From an uncultured Oscillospiraceae bacterium (GTDB lineage: Bacteria > Bacillota > Clostridia > Oscillospirales > Oscillospiraceae), in NCBI GenBank assembly GCA_934512135.1, contig CAKSWT010000008.1, positions 1,415 to 25,414 of the forward strand: 24,000 nt of DNA, in the 5' to 3' direction. The notes under the pieces were generated by a model. That model made no database searches and was not told the origin of the DNA. It saw only the letters and a list, made by a program, of their open reading frames with translations. A program made the translations under genes and the position numbers. Below, one piece after another: positions 8,155 to 16,817 of the stretch; positions within the stretch are counted from its first letter, which is position 1; each line of letters opens with the position of its first letter.

Positions 8155-10077
8155 TCAGCTCATCTGAAGACTGTCCACCACGGCCTCATGCCGCCAGGCC
8201 ATGTTTTGAATTTCCAGCAGGTTTAGGGTGCTGTACTTCTCCAGAATCATGTTCCGCTGGACGTCGTAGAGCGGACCCTCGAAGGGGTGGACCTTGCCGG
8301 ACTGCACCAAATCTTTGAAGATGTTTAGCAGCCGAATGGCGTTGTGTCCCATAAAGGAGTCCACGCCCAGCACATCCAGCAGTCCGGTATTGAGGCCCCA
8401 GCCAAAATGAACGGAGCTGTCCATGCCGCTGCGGGTGATGTCCAGAATGGAGTTCTTCGTGGTGAAGCTGTCTCCCACCATCTGATTGTACACCACAGAC
8501 CAGTCCACGGCGGCAGCGCCGATGCATTCGTTGGGAAATCCTGTATGGGTCTGGAGTAGATAGAGCTGGGCATAGACCCCGGGGAAGCCCTTCCGAACCT
8601 GGGGGGTGTGCATCTGATGAAGGCAGAGGGCGATGTCAACATTCTTTTGGGCCAACAGATACCGTGCCTCTGCATGGTCCTGCTCTGTGGCGTTGGGACG
8701 GTACATCTCCACGTTGATGACCTTTGCGGTGGGATTCACCAGCTGAGCCCCCACGGCAAAGGCGTTGAGATCACAGGTGGTGTCTTGCTGGAACATGGGG
8801 GTGGACATAAAGCCTACCAGTCCGGTTCTGGTCATGGAGCCGGCCATTACACCGCAGAGGAAAGATGCCTCAAAGAATTTCGCAAAATAGGTAATCATGT
8901 TCTTCTTCGGCTGTGCCCGGTCGCAGTTCAGAATGGTCCGGTCCGGGAATTCCAAAGAAAGACGCAGGGCCCCGGCAGACATATTGGGACTGGTGGCAAA
9001 GAGAATGTCTGGTTCCTCGTCCATTAAGGCGCGAAGGGAGTTGTAGGAGCTTTCCCCGCTGGGAACAGAGTATTTGGTAATCACGGAAATCTTGTCCCCG
9101 AGCGTCCGCTCCAGGCGCCGCCGGGCGACGTCATGGGAATAGGTCCAAAGGGAGGTTTCCGGGGTTCCGTCGAAGGCGAAGGCGACCTTTAGCTTCCGAG
9201 GACGCCGGGAGAAGAAGGACAGGGGCGTCTTTTGAGAGTCATATCGCATTTCCACCGTGTTGACGGTGTTGGGGTCCTTGACGGAAATGAGCTTGAACTG
9301 TGCCTCGCAGCTCTTGACCTGCTCCCGAATGGTGGAAAGGGAGCGGAAGGGCTGAAACCCATAGATTTTCACATATTCCAGGAAGGCGTCGCCGGAGGTG
9401 ATGGGGATGTCGCTAAATCCGGCCTCCTTATAGCAAACCCGGAAGGATTTAAATGCGGTGTTGATGAGATCGGCGGTGGAGCCCTCGGCCTCCGGATGCT
9501 CGCTCTGCCATCCCTCCACCAGACTCACCAGCTTGGTAAAGCTGCCGCGGTAGGAGAACCATAGATTATCGAAGGTGGCTCTGCGGTCAAAGTCCAGAAA
9601 TTCGTAGTAGATGGAGACCATCTTGTTGTTCTCGTCCCGCTTGGGGATGAGACGGGTGACTTTTGCCTCAATGGCGACGGCCCCCAGATATTTCAGAACG
9701 CTGACCCGCTTGTTGCCCTCCTGGACAAAGTAGCGGTTGATATATTCATAGACCTTGATGGGCTCCCGGATGCCCTCGGAAATATGAGAGTTGTAGAGCT
9801 TCATCCACTTGGCGCCGAATTCCGTGTTTTCCGGAAGAAGGGGCATAAAGTTGCCTGCAAAGGCGTTGCTTCGGGCGGAGGTCCGGGTCCCGATGATCTT
9901 GTTAATGGGGATTTCACAGGTCCCCAGGTTAATTTCACCGGCGATTTCCACATTCCCAATCAGGTCGTCCAAAATCAGAAGATACCCCTTGTACTCAGAG
10001 TCCGCGTGATCTGAGACAAAGCGTCGGCCTATGGCTCTGGCCTGTTTATAATTGGAACTGCTGTCGTAATCGGCCAT
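8155..10077 (-). CDS. Cytoplasmic fusion protein: N-terminal ParB/sulfiredoxin-like region plus C-terminal BMP (PnrA-like) ligand-binding domain
   Basis: N-terminal IPINKIIGTRTSARSNAFAGNFMPLL...GIREPIKVYEYINRYFVQEGNKRVSVLKYLGA resembles a ParB-like nuclease/Srx fold; residues from about 300 (KLKVAFAFDGTPETSLWTYSHDVARRRLE...PDILFATSPNMS...) resemble the BMP family. No signal peptide or lipobox. ATG at 10077 has SD GAGGAGG; ORF track start 10095 is upstream. Confidence 0.72.
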   Translation of the reverse strand: MADYDSSSNYKQARAIGRRFVSDHADSEYKGYLLILDDLIGNVEIAGEINLGTCEIPINKIIGTRTSARSNAFAGNFMPLLPENTEFGAKWMKLYNSHISEGIREPIKVYEYINRYFVQEGNKRVSVLKYLGAVAIEAKVTRLIPKRDENNKMVSIYYEFLDFDRRATFDNLWFSYRGSFTKLVSLVEGWQSEHPEAEGSTADLINTAFKSFRVCYKEAGFSDIPITSGDAFLEYVKIYGFQPFRSLSTIREQVKSCEAQFKLISVKDPNTVNTVEMRYDSQKTPLSFFSRRPRKLKVAFAFDGTPETSLWTYSHDVARRRLERTLGDKISVITKYSVPSGESSYNSLRALMDEEPDILFATSPNMSAGALRLSLEFPDRTILNCDRAQPKKNMITYFAKFFEASFLCGVMAGSMTRTGLVGFMSTPMFQQDTTCDLNAFAVGAQLVNPTAKVINVEMYRPNATEQDHAEARYLLAQKNVDIALCLHQMHTPQVRKGFPGVYAQLYLLQTHTGFPNECIGAAAVDWSVVYNQMVGDSFTTKNSILDITRSGMDSSVHFGWGLNTGLLDVLGVDSFMGHNAIRLLNIFKDLVQSGKVHPFEGPLYDVQRNMILEKYSTLNLLEIQNMAWRHEAVVDSLQMS

Positions 10078-10298
10078 ATCATTTCCTCCTCTCAAGGGAA
10101 GTGCGTTTTATAAGGGTAGTATACCACAGGTACCCCTTGAATGGAATCGGCAAACCATGAAAAATCCCCAGGAAAATTTGTCATTCTCCTGCCAAATTGC
10201 CGGAGCGCACCGTGGCCGGGAGCCTAAACGGGGAAGGGGAGAAGGGACTTCCCATTCCTTTTTTGAAAAACCTACTTTCTTTTTGCGGAGAAACCGGG

Positions 10299-10304
10299 TA
10301 TAAT
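10299..10304 (+). promoter_or_regulatory. Candidate -10 element for the nusB-recN cluster
   Basis: Perfect TATAAT; no good -35 at 17 nt (TTTCTT). About 59 nt upstream of the nusB ATG. Confidence 0.4.
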
Positions 10305-10362
10305 GTAATATGGTTAATTTTGCGCTGAGTTTTTCGGCGATTTACAGATAGGGGATAACATT

Positions 10363-10806
10363 ATGACTAGAACCACAGCCAGAGAAATTGCCATGCATCT
10401 CGTCTACGAGATGGACTATCACGACGAGCTCCCGGAGGAGCTGATCGAAGCGGTATTCTCCGACGGGTACTACCCCAGACTGGCAGAGGAGACTGATCTC
10501 TACCAGGAGAAGCCCAACGAAAAGCAGATGAAGTATATCACCGAATGCGTTCGGGGGGTATATGTGAAGCGGCAGGACATTGACGCCATCATTGAGCGCT
10601 ATGCCGTGGGTTGGAAGGTAAGCCGGATTTCCAAGGTGTCTTTGGCGGTGCTCCGGCTGGCCATCTACGAGATTCTCTATGTGGAGGATGCTCCCACCGG
10701 CGCCGTAATCAACGAGGCGGTGGAGATTGCCCGCCGCTATGAGGAGGAGGACAAGGTGTCCTTTATCAACGGCGTTCTGGGCTCCTTCGCCCGGGATCAG
10801 AAATGA
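10363..10806 (+). CDS. nusB: Transcription antitermination factor NusB
   Basis: MTRTTAREIAMHLVYEMDYHD...; ILYVEDAPTGAVINEAVEIARRYEEEDKVSFINGVLGSF is a clear NusB C-terminus. Confidence 0.93.
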   Translation: MTRTTAREIAMHLVYEMDYHDELPEELIEAVFSDGYYPRLAEETDLYQEKPNEKQMKYITECVRGVYVKRQDIDAIIERYAVGWKVSRISKVSLAVLRLAIYEILYVEDAPTGAVINEAVEIARRYEEEDKVSFINGVLGSFARDQK

Positions 10807-11714
10807 CCGTCCTGGGCTTAGATACCAGCAACTATACCACCTCTGCGGCTCTGTACGATGGAGTAGAGGGCGCCAATTCCGGCCGTCTGTTGGAGGTAAA
10901 GCCGGGGGAGCTGGGCCTTCGTCAGAGCGATGCCCTGTTTCAGCATGTTAAGCGCCTGCCGGAGATTGTGGAGCGGCTGCTGGATGGCCGGCACCCGGAG
11001 CTGTCTGCCGTGGGAGCCAGTACCCGGCCTCGGGCGGTGGAGGGCTCCTATATGCCCTGCTTTCTGGCGGGACAGTCCCAGGGGCAGGTCCTGGCCCAGA
11101 CGCTGGGTGTGCGGTTTTACGGCTTTTCCCATCAGCAGGGCCACTTGGCGGCGGTATTGCATCAGGCAGGACGCATGGACCTGATGGAGCGGACCTTCCT
11201 GGCCTGGCATCTCTCCGGCGGCACCACGGAGCTACTGTGTGTACATCCCGGACTCCAGGCGGAGAAAATCGGCGGCACGGAGGATCTGTCTGCGGGACAG
11301 CTGATTGACCGTACCGGTCAGGTTCTGGGACTGGATTTCCCTGCGGGAAAGGCGCTGGACCAACTGGCCGGAGACGTAAAAAGCCGGGGGTTCCCGGTGA
11401 AGGTCCGGGATATGCGGTTTTCCCTGTCGGGCATGGAGAACAAGGTTCGGGAGATGGGGACGGCCCGGACGCCGGAGGAGACGGCGGCCTTTGCCCTGGC
11501 CTGTGTCAGCCGGGCAGTGGAAACGGCCACGGAACAGGCCAAGGGACGGTACGGGGACTTGCCGGTGGTGTTTACCGGCGGTGTGGCCTCCAATCGGCAG
11601 CTGCGCCGGCGGATGGTCCCGCTGGGGGGTGTATTCGGTCCGCCGGAGTATTCCACCGACAATGCGCTGGGCATTGCGGTGCTCACCTATCTTGCGGAGA
11701 TACAACATGGATGA
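10803..11714 (+). CDS. Divergent TsaD/Gcp (peptidase M22-like, ASKHA) paralogue
   Basis: MTVLGLDTSNYTTSAALYD, FSHQQGHLAAVL (HxxxH-type), LSGGTTELL, FSLSGMENKV, FTGGVASNRQLRRRM; lacks the SCDET motif of canonical TsaD. 4-nt ATGA overlap with nusB. Confidence 0.82.
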   Translation: MTVLGLDTSNYTTSAALYDGVEGANSGRLLEVKPGELGLRQSDALFQHVKRLPEIVERLLDGRHPELSAVGASTRPRAVEGSYMPCFLAGQSQGQVLAQTLGVRFYGFSHQQGHLAAVLHQAGRMDLMERTFLAWHLSGGTTELLCVHPGLQAEKIGGTEDLSAGQLIDRTGQVLGLDFPAGKALDQLAGDVKSRGFPVKVRDMRFSLSGMENKVREMGTARTPEETAAFALACVSRAVETATEQAKGRYGDLPVVFTGGVASNRQLRRRMVPLGGVFGPPEYSTDNALGIAVLTYLAEIQHG

Positions 11715-12978
11715 TTTGATTTTAGAGGTCAGCCAGGTCAATGCCTACATCAAGGAGATGATGGACGGGGATTCCCTGCTGGGGGGCCTCTGTGTCCGGG
11801 GAGAGATTAGCAATTATAAGTGCTATCCCTCGGGGCACCACTATTTTACGTTGAAGGACGGGGAAGCGGCGCTGAAATGCGTGATGTTCCGGTCCAGTGC
11901 CGCCCGGCTGCGGTTTCGTCCGGAAAATGGCATGACCGTGCTGGCAGCCGGACGGATCACCGTCTATCCCCGGGACGGGGCCTATCAGCTCTACTGTGTA
12001 TCCATGAGCCCCGAGGGAGCGGGGGATCTGGCCCTGGCCTTTGAGCAGCTGAAGAAAAAGCTGGAGGGGGAGGGGCTGTTCGACCCTGACCATAAGAAGC
12101 CCCTTCCGGCATTTCCGGGCAAGATTGCCGTGATTACCTCCTCGGCAGGGGCGGCCTTCCACGACATCCTCCGGGTGCTGGGACGGCGGTACCCCCTTAC
12201 GGAGGTGACGCTGCTGCCGGTGCGGGTTCAGGGGACGGAGGCCCCCCAGGAGATCGCCGGGGCCATTGACTACGCCAACCGCTATCAGGTGGCGGATCTG
12301 ATCCTTACAGGACGAGGCGGCGGCTCCATGGAGGATCTGTGGGCCTTCAACGAGGAAATCGTGGCCCGGGCCATTTATCGCTCGGAGATTCCGGTGATTT
12401 CCGCCGTGGGCCATGAGCCGGATGTGACCATTGCCGACTATGTGGCGGACGTCCGGGCGGCCACACCCTCCAACGGGGCGGAGCTGGCGGTGCCGGACCA
12501 GGCGGAGCTTCGGACCATGCTCCACGGCTACCAGACCCGAATGATTCAGACCATGGGCAAACGATTGAAGCTCTCCCGGCAGCAGCTGGAGCTCAGGAAG
12601 AATGCCCGGGTGCTTCAGTTGCCCACCCGTTATCTGGAGGATCGGCGGCAGCGGCTGGACGGTCTGATGGACCGGCTGGGCCGAGCCATGCTCCAACGGG
12701 AGAATTTGGCCCGGGCAGAGGTGCTCTCCCGGCAGCAGAAGCTGAAGGCCGCCTGGGAGCAGAGCCTTCACGTCCGGCAGCGGACGGCCGGGACGCTGGC
12801 AGCCAGGCTGGATGCCATGAGTCCGCTGAAGGTGCTGTCCCGGGGCTACAGCATTACCGAAACACCATCCGGCAGCGCCGTCCGTTCCGGGGCGGAGCTG
12901 AAACCCGGTGACCATATCCAGATTCGATTTGCCCAGGGCCGCGCGTCGGCCACTGTGGAACAAGTGATGGAGGACTGA
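11707..12978 (+). CDS. xseA: Exodeoxyribonuclease VII large subunit
   Basis: MDDLILEVSQVNAYIKEMMDGDSLLGGLCVRGEISNYK...HHYFTLKD...GRGGGSMEDLWAFNEE...SAVGHEPDVTIADYVADVRAATPSNGAEL. ORF track start 11491 is an upstream in-frame extension; ATG at 11707 fits. Confidence 0.95.
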   Translation: MDDLILEVSQVNAYIKEMMDGDSLLGGLCVRGEISNYKCYPSGHHYFTLKDGEAALKCVMFRSSAARLRFRPENGMTVLAAGRITVYPRDGAYQLYCVSMSPEGAGDLALAFEQLKKKLEGEGLFDPDHKKPLPAFPGKIAVITSSAGAAFHDILRVLGRRYPLTEVTLLPVRVQGTEAPQEIAGAIDYANRYQVADLILTGRGGGSMEDLWAFNEEIVARAIYRSEIPVISAVGHEPDVTIADYVADVRAATPSNGAELAVPDQAELRTMLHGYQTRMIQTMGKRLKLSRQQLELRKNARVLQLPTRYLEDRRQRLDGLMDRLGRAMLQRENLARAEVLSRQQKLKAAWEQSLHVRQRTAGTLAARLDAMSPLKVLSRGYSITETPSGSAVRSGAELKPGDHIQIRFAQGRASATVEQVMED

Positions 12979-12980
12979 AC

Positions 12981-13211
12981 ATGGCAAAGAAAAGCGCCAC
13001 CTTTGAAGAATCCCTCCAGCGGCTGGACCAGATTGTCACGGCCCTGGAAACCGGCGAGGCCTCTTTGGAGGAGTCCATCGCCTTGTTTGAGGAGGGCACA
13101 AAGCTCTCCGTGAAATGCACCGAGCTTCTGGACCAGGCGGAGCTGAAGGTTACCCAGATGATGAAGGGGCCGGACGGCGCCCCGACGGAACAGGAGATCG
13201 ACAATGTCTGA
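12981..13211 (+). CDS. xseB: Exodeoxyribonuclease VII small subunit
   Basis: MAKKSATFEESLQRLDQIVTALETGEASLEESIALFEEGTKLSVKCTELLDQAELKV; immediately follows xseA. Confidence 0.95.
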   Translation: MAKKSATFEESLQRLDQIVTALETGEASLEESIALFEEGTKLSVKCTELLDQAELKVTQMMKGPDGAPTEQEIDNV

Positions 13212-14079
13212 TAAGACCCTTTCCCGGTATCAGTGGCTGGTGGAGGAGTATCTTTCCCGGCAGTTCACCCAGTCCGCCCCCTACGGCGTTCTGCTGGAGG
13301 CCATGCGGTATAGCCTTCTGGCCGGGGGAAAGCGCCTTCGCCCTGCACTGTGCATGGCCTTCTGCGAGGCCTGCGGCGGCAGCGCAGAGACGGTTCTGCC
13401 TGCTGCGGCGGCAGTGGAGATGATCCACACCTATTCCCTGATTCACGATGATCTGCCCTGTATGGACAACGATGACTATCGCCGGGGCCGACTCACCAAC
13501 CACAAGGTCTACGGCCAGGATGTGGCCACATTGGCGGGGGATGCCCTGCTTACTGCGGCCTTCCGGTATCTGACGGAGCTACAGGCTCCGGCGGAGCGGG
13601 TGGTCCGCTGTGTGGCCCTTTTGTCTCAGGCTGCCGGAGAAACCGGCATGGTGGCAGGACAGATTTTGGACCTGGAGGGGGAGAAACGCCCCCTGTCCCG
13701 GGAGGAGCTGGAGCAGGTCCACCGGCACAAAACCGGGGACATGATTCGTGGGGCCTGTCAAATGGGGGCGGTACTGGGAGGCGGCTCGGAGAAAGAGATC
13801 GCCGCCGCCGGCGCATTTGCCTACGCCCTGGGCATGGCGTTTCAGATTCGGGACGACATGCTCGATGAAATCGGCTCCCAGGCGGAGCTGGGCAAGCCCA
13901 TCGGCTCTGACCAGGAGAACCATAAAAGCACCTTCGTGACCCTGCTGGGGCTGGAGGCCTGCCAGGACCTGGTGGAGCAGGAAACCGCCCGGGCGGTGGC
14001 AGCCCTGGAAACCGGGGACTTCCAAGATACGTCCTTTATCGTCTCTCTGGCCCGTGGCTTGACATCTCGGATGAAATGA
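13204..14079 (+). CDS. ispA: Polyprenyl synthetase (farnesyl/geranyl diphosphate synthase)
   Basis: Aspartate-rich motifs DDLPCMDNDDYRRG and RDDMLD; GGKRLRPAL. Confidence 0.92.
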   Translation: MSDKTLSRYQWLVEEYLSRQFTQSAPYGVLLEAMRYSLLAGGKRLRPALCMAFCEACGGSAETVLPAAAAVEMIHTYSLIHDDLPCMDNDDYRRGRLTNHKVYGQDVATLAGDALLTAAFRYLTELQAPAERVVRCVALLSQAAGETGMVAGQILDLEGEKRPLSREELEQVHRHKTGDMIRGACQMGAVLGGGSEKEIAAAGAFAYALGMAFQIRDDMLDEIGSQAELGKPIGSDQENHKSTFVTLLGLEACQDLVEQETARAVAALETGDFQDTSFIVSLARGLTSRMK

Positions 14080-14101
14080 TGTATAAATGTTCGGAAATCC
14101 G

Positions 14102-14129
14102 TTGAAAAAACCCGTGATTATGGTATAAT
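14102..14129 (+). promoter_or_regulatory. Candidate internal promoter upstream of dxs
   Basis: TTGAAA (14102-14107) - 16 nt - TATAAT (14124-14129), in the ispA-dxs gap. Confidence 0.5.
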
Positions 14130-14173
14130 CATGTAGAAACGGAACTAGAACAGAAAAGACAGGTTGTGTAATT

Positions 14174-16036
14174 TTGAATCTTTTGGAACGAGCAGAGGAT
14201 CGGGACCAGTTCCTGGCCTTTGGACCGGAAGAGGATCAGGCCCTGTGCAGTGAAATAAGGAGCTTTCTCATCAACAGCGTCTCGAAAACAGGAGGCCACC
14301 TGGCCTCCAATCTGGGCGCTGTTGAGCTGACCATAGCCCTCCATAAGGTCTTTGACCCCTATGTGGACCGCATTGTGTTTGACGTGGGACATCAGAGCTA
14401 TGTCCATAAAATGCTCACCGGCCGGGTGGAGGGCTTTGCCCATCTTCGGCAGCTGGGAGGCATGGCAGGCTTTCCGAAGCCCTCGGAGTCCCCGGCGGAC
14501 GCCTTTGTGGCGGGGCACGCCTCCAATTCCGTGTCGGTAGCGCTGGGAATGGCTCGGGCCAGGACCCTTTCCGGAGGGGACTACAGCGTAATTGCCGTCA
14601 TTGGTGACGGCGCCCTTACCGGAGGCCTGGCCTACGAGGGACTCAACGACGCCGGCCAGAGCAGAGAGCCGCTGATTGTGATCCTCAACGATAACGGCAT
14701 GTCCATACAGCCCAATGTGGGGGGCATCTCCAAGTTTCTGGCCCGCCAGCGGCTGAAGCCCTCCTATCTCAGCTTTAAACGGGCCTTCCACGCCTTCACC
14801 AGCCATGCGCCCGGGGGAAAACACCTCTACCACGTGGTCCACCGAATCAAGCTCTGGATGAAGAATGCCCTCATCGGAAGTAATATGTTCGATGAGATGG
14901 GATTTGTGTACCTTGGCCCGGTGGATGGCCATGACATCAAGAAAATGACCTATCTCCTCCGGCAGGCCAAAGACCTGGCTTGTCCCGTGCTCCTGCATGT
15001 GACCACCACCAAGGGCAGGGGCTACAGCTATGCCGAGGAGAGCCCTGATGAGTTTCACGGAGTTTCCAGCTTCAATGTGGCCTCCGGCCAGAGCAAAAGC
15101 TCCGGAGGGGAGTCCTTTTCCGGGGCCTTTGGAAAGACCATGTGCGCCATGGCCGAGGAGGACCACCGGATCTGCGCCATTACCGCCGCCATGGAGCAGG
15201 GAACGGGACTGACGGAGTTTGCCCAGCGGTTTCCCAAGCGATTCTTTGATGTGGGCATTGCCGAGGGCCACGCCGTCACCATGAGCTGCGGCATGGCCAA
15301 GCAGGGAATGCTTCCTGTGGTGGCAATTTACTCCACATTTCTCCAGCGAGCCTATGATATGCTGATCCACGACGCGGCCATTGGAAATCTCCATGTGGTA
15401 TTTGCAGTGGACCGGGCGGGGCTGGTAGGGGCCGACGGAGAGACGCACCATGGGGTATTTGACCCCTGCTTTCTCCGTACCGTGCCCCATATGACCGTGC
15501 TGTCCCCCGCATCCACCGAGGAGCTCCGAAAGAGCCTTCACTATGCGGTGTATCAGGTGGAGGGGCCGGTGGCGGTACGCTATCCCCGGGGGGGCAATGA
15601 GACCTACGGAGACTGCATTTTGGAAAATACCCTGCTTCGGAAGGGAGGAGATGTGACCATTGTCACCTACGGCCCGCTGGTCTGTGAGGCCATGGACGGG
15701 GCGAGAATCCTCTCCCAGTGTGGCATTCAGGCGGAGATCGTAAAGCTCTGGCAGATTTCCCCGCTGGACCTGACTCTGGTGGAGGAGTCGGTCCGAAAAA
15801 CCGGGTATCTTCTGTGTCTGGAGGAGTGCGTGTCCTCCGGCTGCCTGGGCCAGGAGATCGCCGGGAGGCTGCTGGAGCGGGGCGTCCCCACCAAAGGCGT
15901 CCGTCTCCTGAATCTGGGAGAGAACTTTGTGACCCATGGCACCGTGCCACAGCTCCATGCCCTGATGGGCATCGACGGAAAATCGGTGGCTCGGGCGGTA
16001 AAGGAGCTGGTTGGATTTGAAGAAGGAACGACTTGA
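14174..16036 (+). CDS. dxs: 1-deoxy-D-xylulose-5-phosphate synthase
   Basis: INSVSKTGGHLASNLGAVELTIALH, VFDVGHQSYVHKMLTGR, VIGDGALTGGLAYEGLN, HVTTTKGRGYSYAEE. Start is TTG (no nearby in-frame ATG). Confidence 0.95.
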   Translation: MNLLERAEDRDQFLAFGPEEDQALCSEIRSFLINSVSKTGGHLASNLGAVELTIALHKVFDPYVDRIVFDVGHQSYVHKMLTGRVEGFAHLRQLGGMAGFPKPSESPADAFVAGHASNSVSVALGMARARTLSGGDYSVIAVIGDGALTGGLAYEGLNDAGQSREPLIVILNDNGMSIQPNVGGISKFLARQRLKPSYLSFKRAFHAFTSHAPGGKHLYHVVHRIKLWMKNALIGSNMFDEMGFVYLGPVDGHDIKKMTYLLRQAKDLACPVLLHVTTTKGRGYSYAEESPDEFHGVSSFNVASGQSKSSGGESFSGAFGKTMCAMAEEDHRICAITAAMEQGTGLTEFAQRFPKRFFDVGIAEGHAVTMSCGMAKQGMLPVVAIYSTFLQRAYDMLIHDAAIGNLHVVFAVDRAGLVGADGETHHGVFDPCFLRTVPHMTVLSPASTEELRKSLHYAVYQVEGPVAVRYPRGGNETYGDCILENTLLRKGGDVTIVTYGPLVCEAMDGARILSQCGIQAEIVKLWQISPLDLTLVEESVRKTGYLLCLEECVSSGCLGQEIAGRLLERGVPTKGVRLLNLGENFVTHGTVPQLHALMGIDGKSVARAVKELVGFEEGTT

Positions 16037-16817
16037 CCTGGTGCTGTGCCAGAAGGGGCTGTGCGACAGCCGCACCAAGGCTCAGGCGCTGATTATGGAG
16101 GGCCTGGTGTTTGTGGGGGAGCAGCGGGTGGATAAGCCCGGGACCCCGGTGGACCCGGAGGCCTCCATTGAGGTCCGGGGAAAGCTCTGTCCCTATGTGA
16201 GCCGGGGAGGGCTGAAGCTGGAGAAGGCCCTGGATTATTTCGGGGTAGACCCTACAAATTATGTGTGCAGCGATTCCGGGGCATCCACCGGGGGCTTTAC
16301 CGACTGCCTGCTCCAAAAAGGGGCCAAAAAGGTCTTTGCAATTGACGTGGGCTACGGGCAGCTGGCCTGGAGTATTCGCAGTGACTCCAGAGTGGTGGTT
16401 ATGGAGCGGACGAACATCCGAAATGTCACCCCGGAGGACATCGGTGAGCCTCTGGACCTCAGTGTGGTGGACGTGTCCTTTATTTCCCTGAAAATCGTTC
16501 TGCCGGTGATTCAGAAGCTCCTGGGACCCAAGGGCCAGGTGCTCTGCCTGATCAAGCCTCAGTTTGAGGCGGGCAAGGACAAGGTGGGAAAGAAGGGCGT
16601 GGTTCGGGAGCTATCCACCCATATTGAGGTGCTGGAGAGCTTTCTGGCCATGGCCCGGGGTTTGGGCTTTACCGTGGTGGACCTCACCTATTCCCCGGTA
16701 AAGGGTCCTGAGGGCAATATTGAGTTTTTGGGACATCTGTCCCTGGAGCCGGTGGAGGCCAAGGCGTTCTCCCCGGAGCAAGTGGCCCGGGAGGCCCACG
16801 AAACGCTGAAGGGGTGA
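16011..16817 (+). CDS. tlyA: TlyA family rRNA (cytidine-2'-O)-methyltransferase
   Basis: N-terminal S4 domain (RLDLVLCQKGLCDSRTKAQALIMEGLVFV) plus FtsJ-like methyltransferase (SRGGLKLEKALDYF, DSGASTGGFTDCLLQKGAKKVFAIDVGYGQL). TTG start at 16011 or 16017. Confidence 0.93.
   Translation: MDLKKERLDLVLCQKGLCDSRTKAQALIMEGLVFVGEQRVDKPGTPVDPEASIEVRGKLCPYVSRGGLKLEKALDYFGVDPTNYVCSDSGASTGGFTDCLLQKGAKKVFAIDVGYGQLAWSIRSDSRVVVMERTNIRNVTPEDIGEPLDLSVVDVSFISLKIVLPVIQKLLGPKGQVLCLIKPQFEAGKDKVGKKGVVRELSTHIEVLESFLAMARGLGFTVVDLTYSPVKGPEGNIEFLGHLSLEPVEAKAFSPEQVAREAHETLKG

Noticed and set aside
10214-10266. GGGAAG...CTTCCC plus T-run upstream of nusB as a riboswitch/terminator
   Set aside because: Only a 6-bp purine-rich stem with a long loop, interrupted T-tract, and no upstream plus-strand gene; likely chance.
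11722-12987. 421-aa antisense ORF opposite xseA
   Set aside because: Mirror reading of a conserved gene; no domain signal.
14129-16078. 649-aa antisense ORF opposite dxs
   Set aside because: Fully antisense to a well-supported dxs gene; low-complexity His/Gly/Gln-rich translation without recognisable domains; typical shadow ORF of GC-rich coding sequence.
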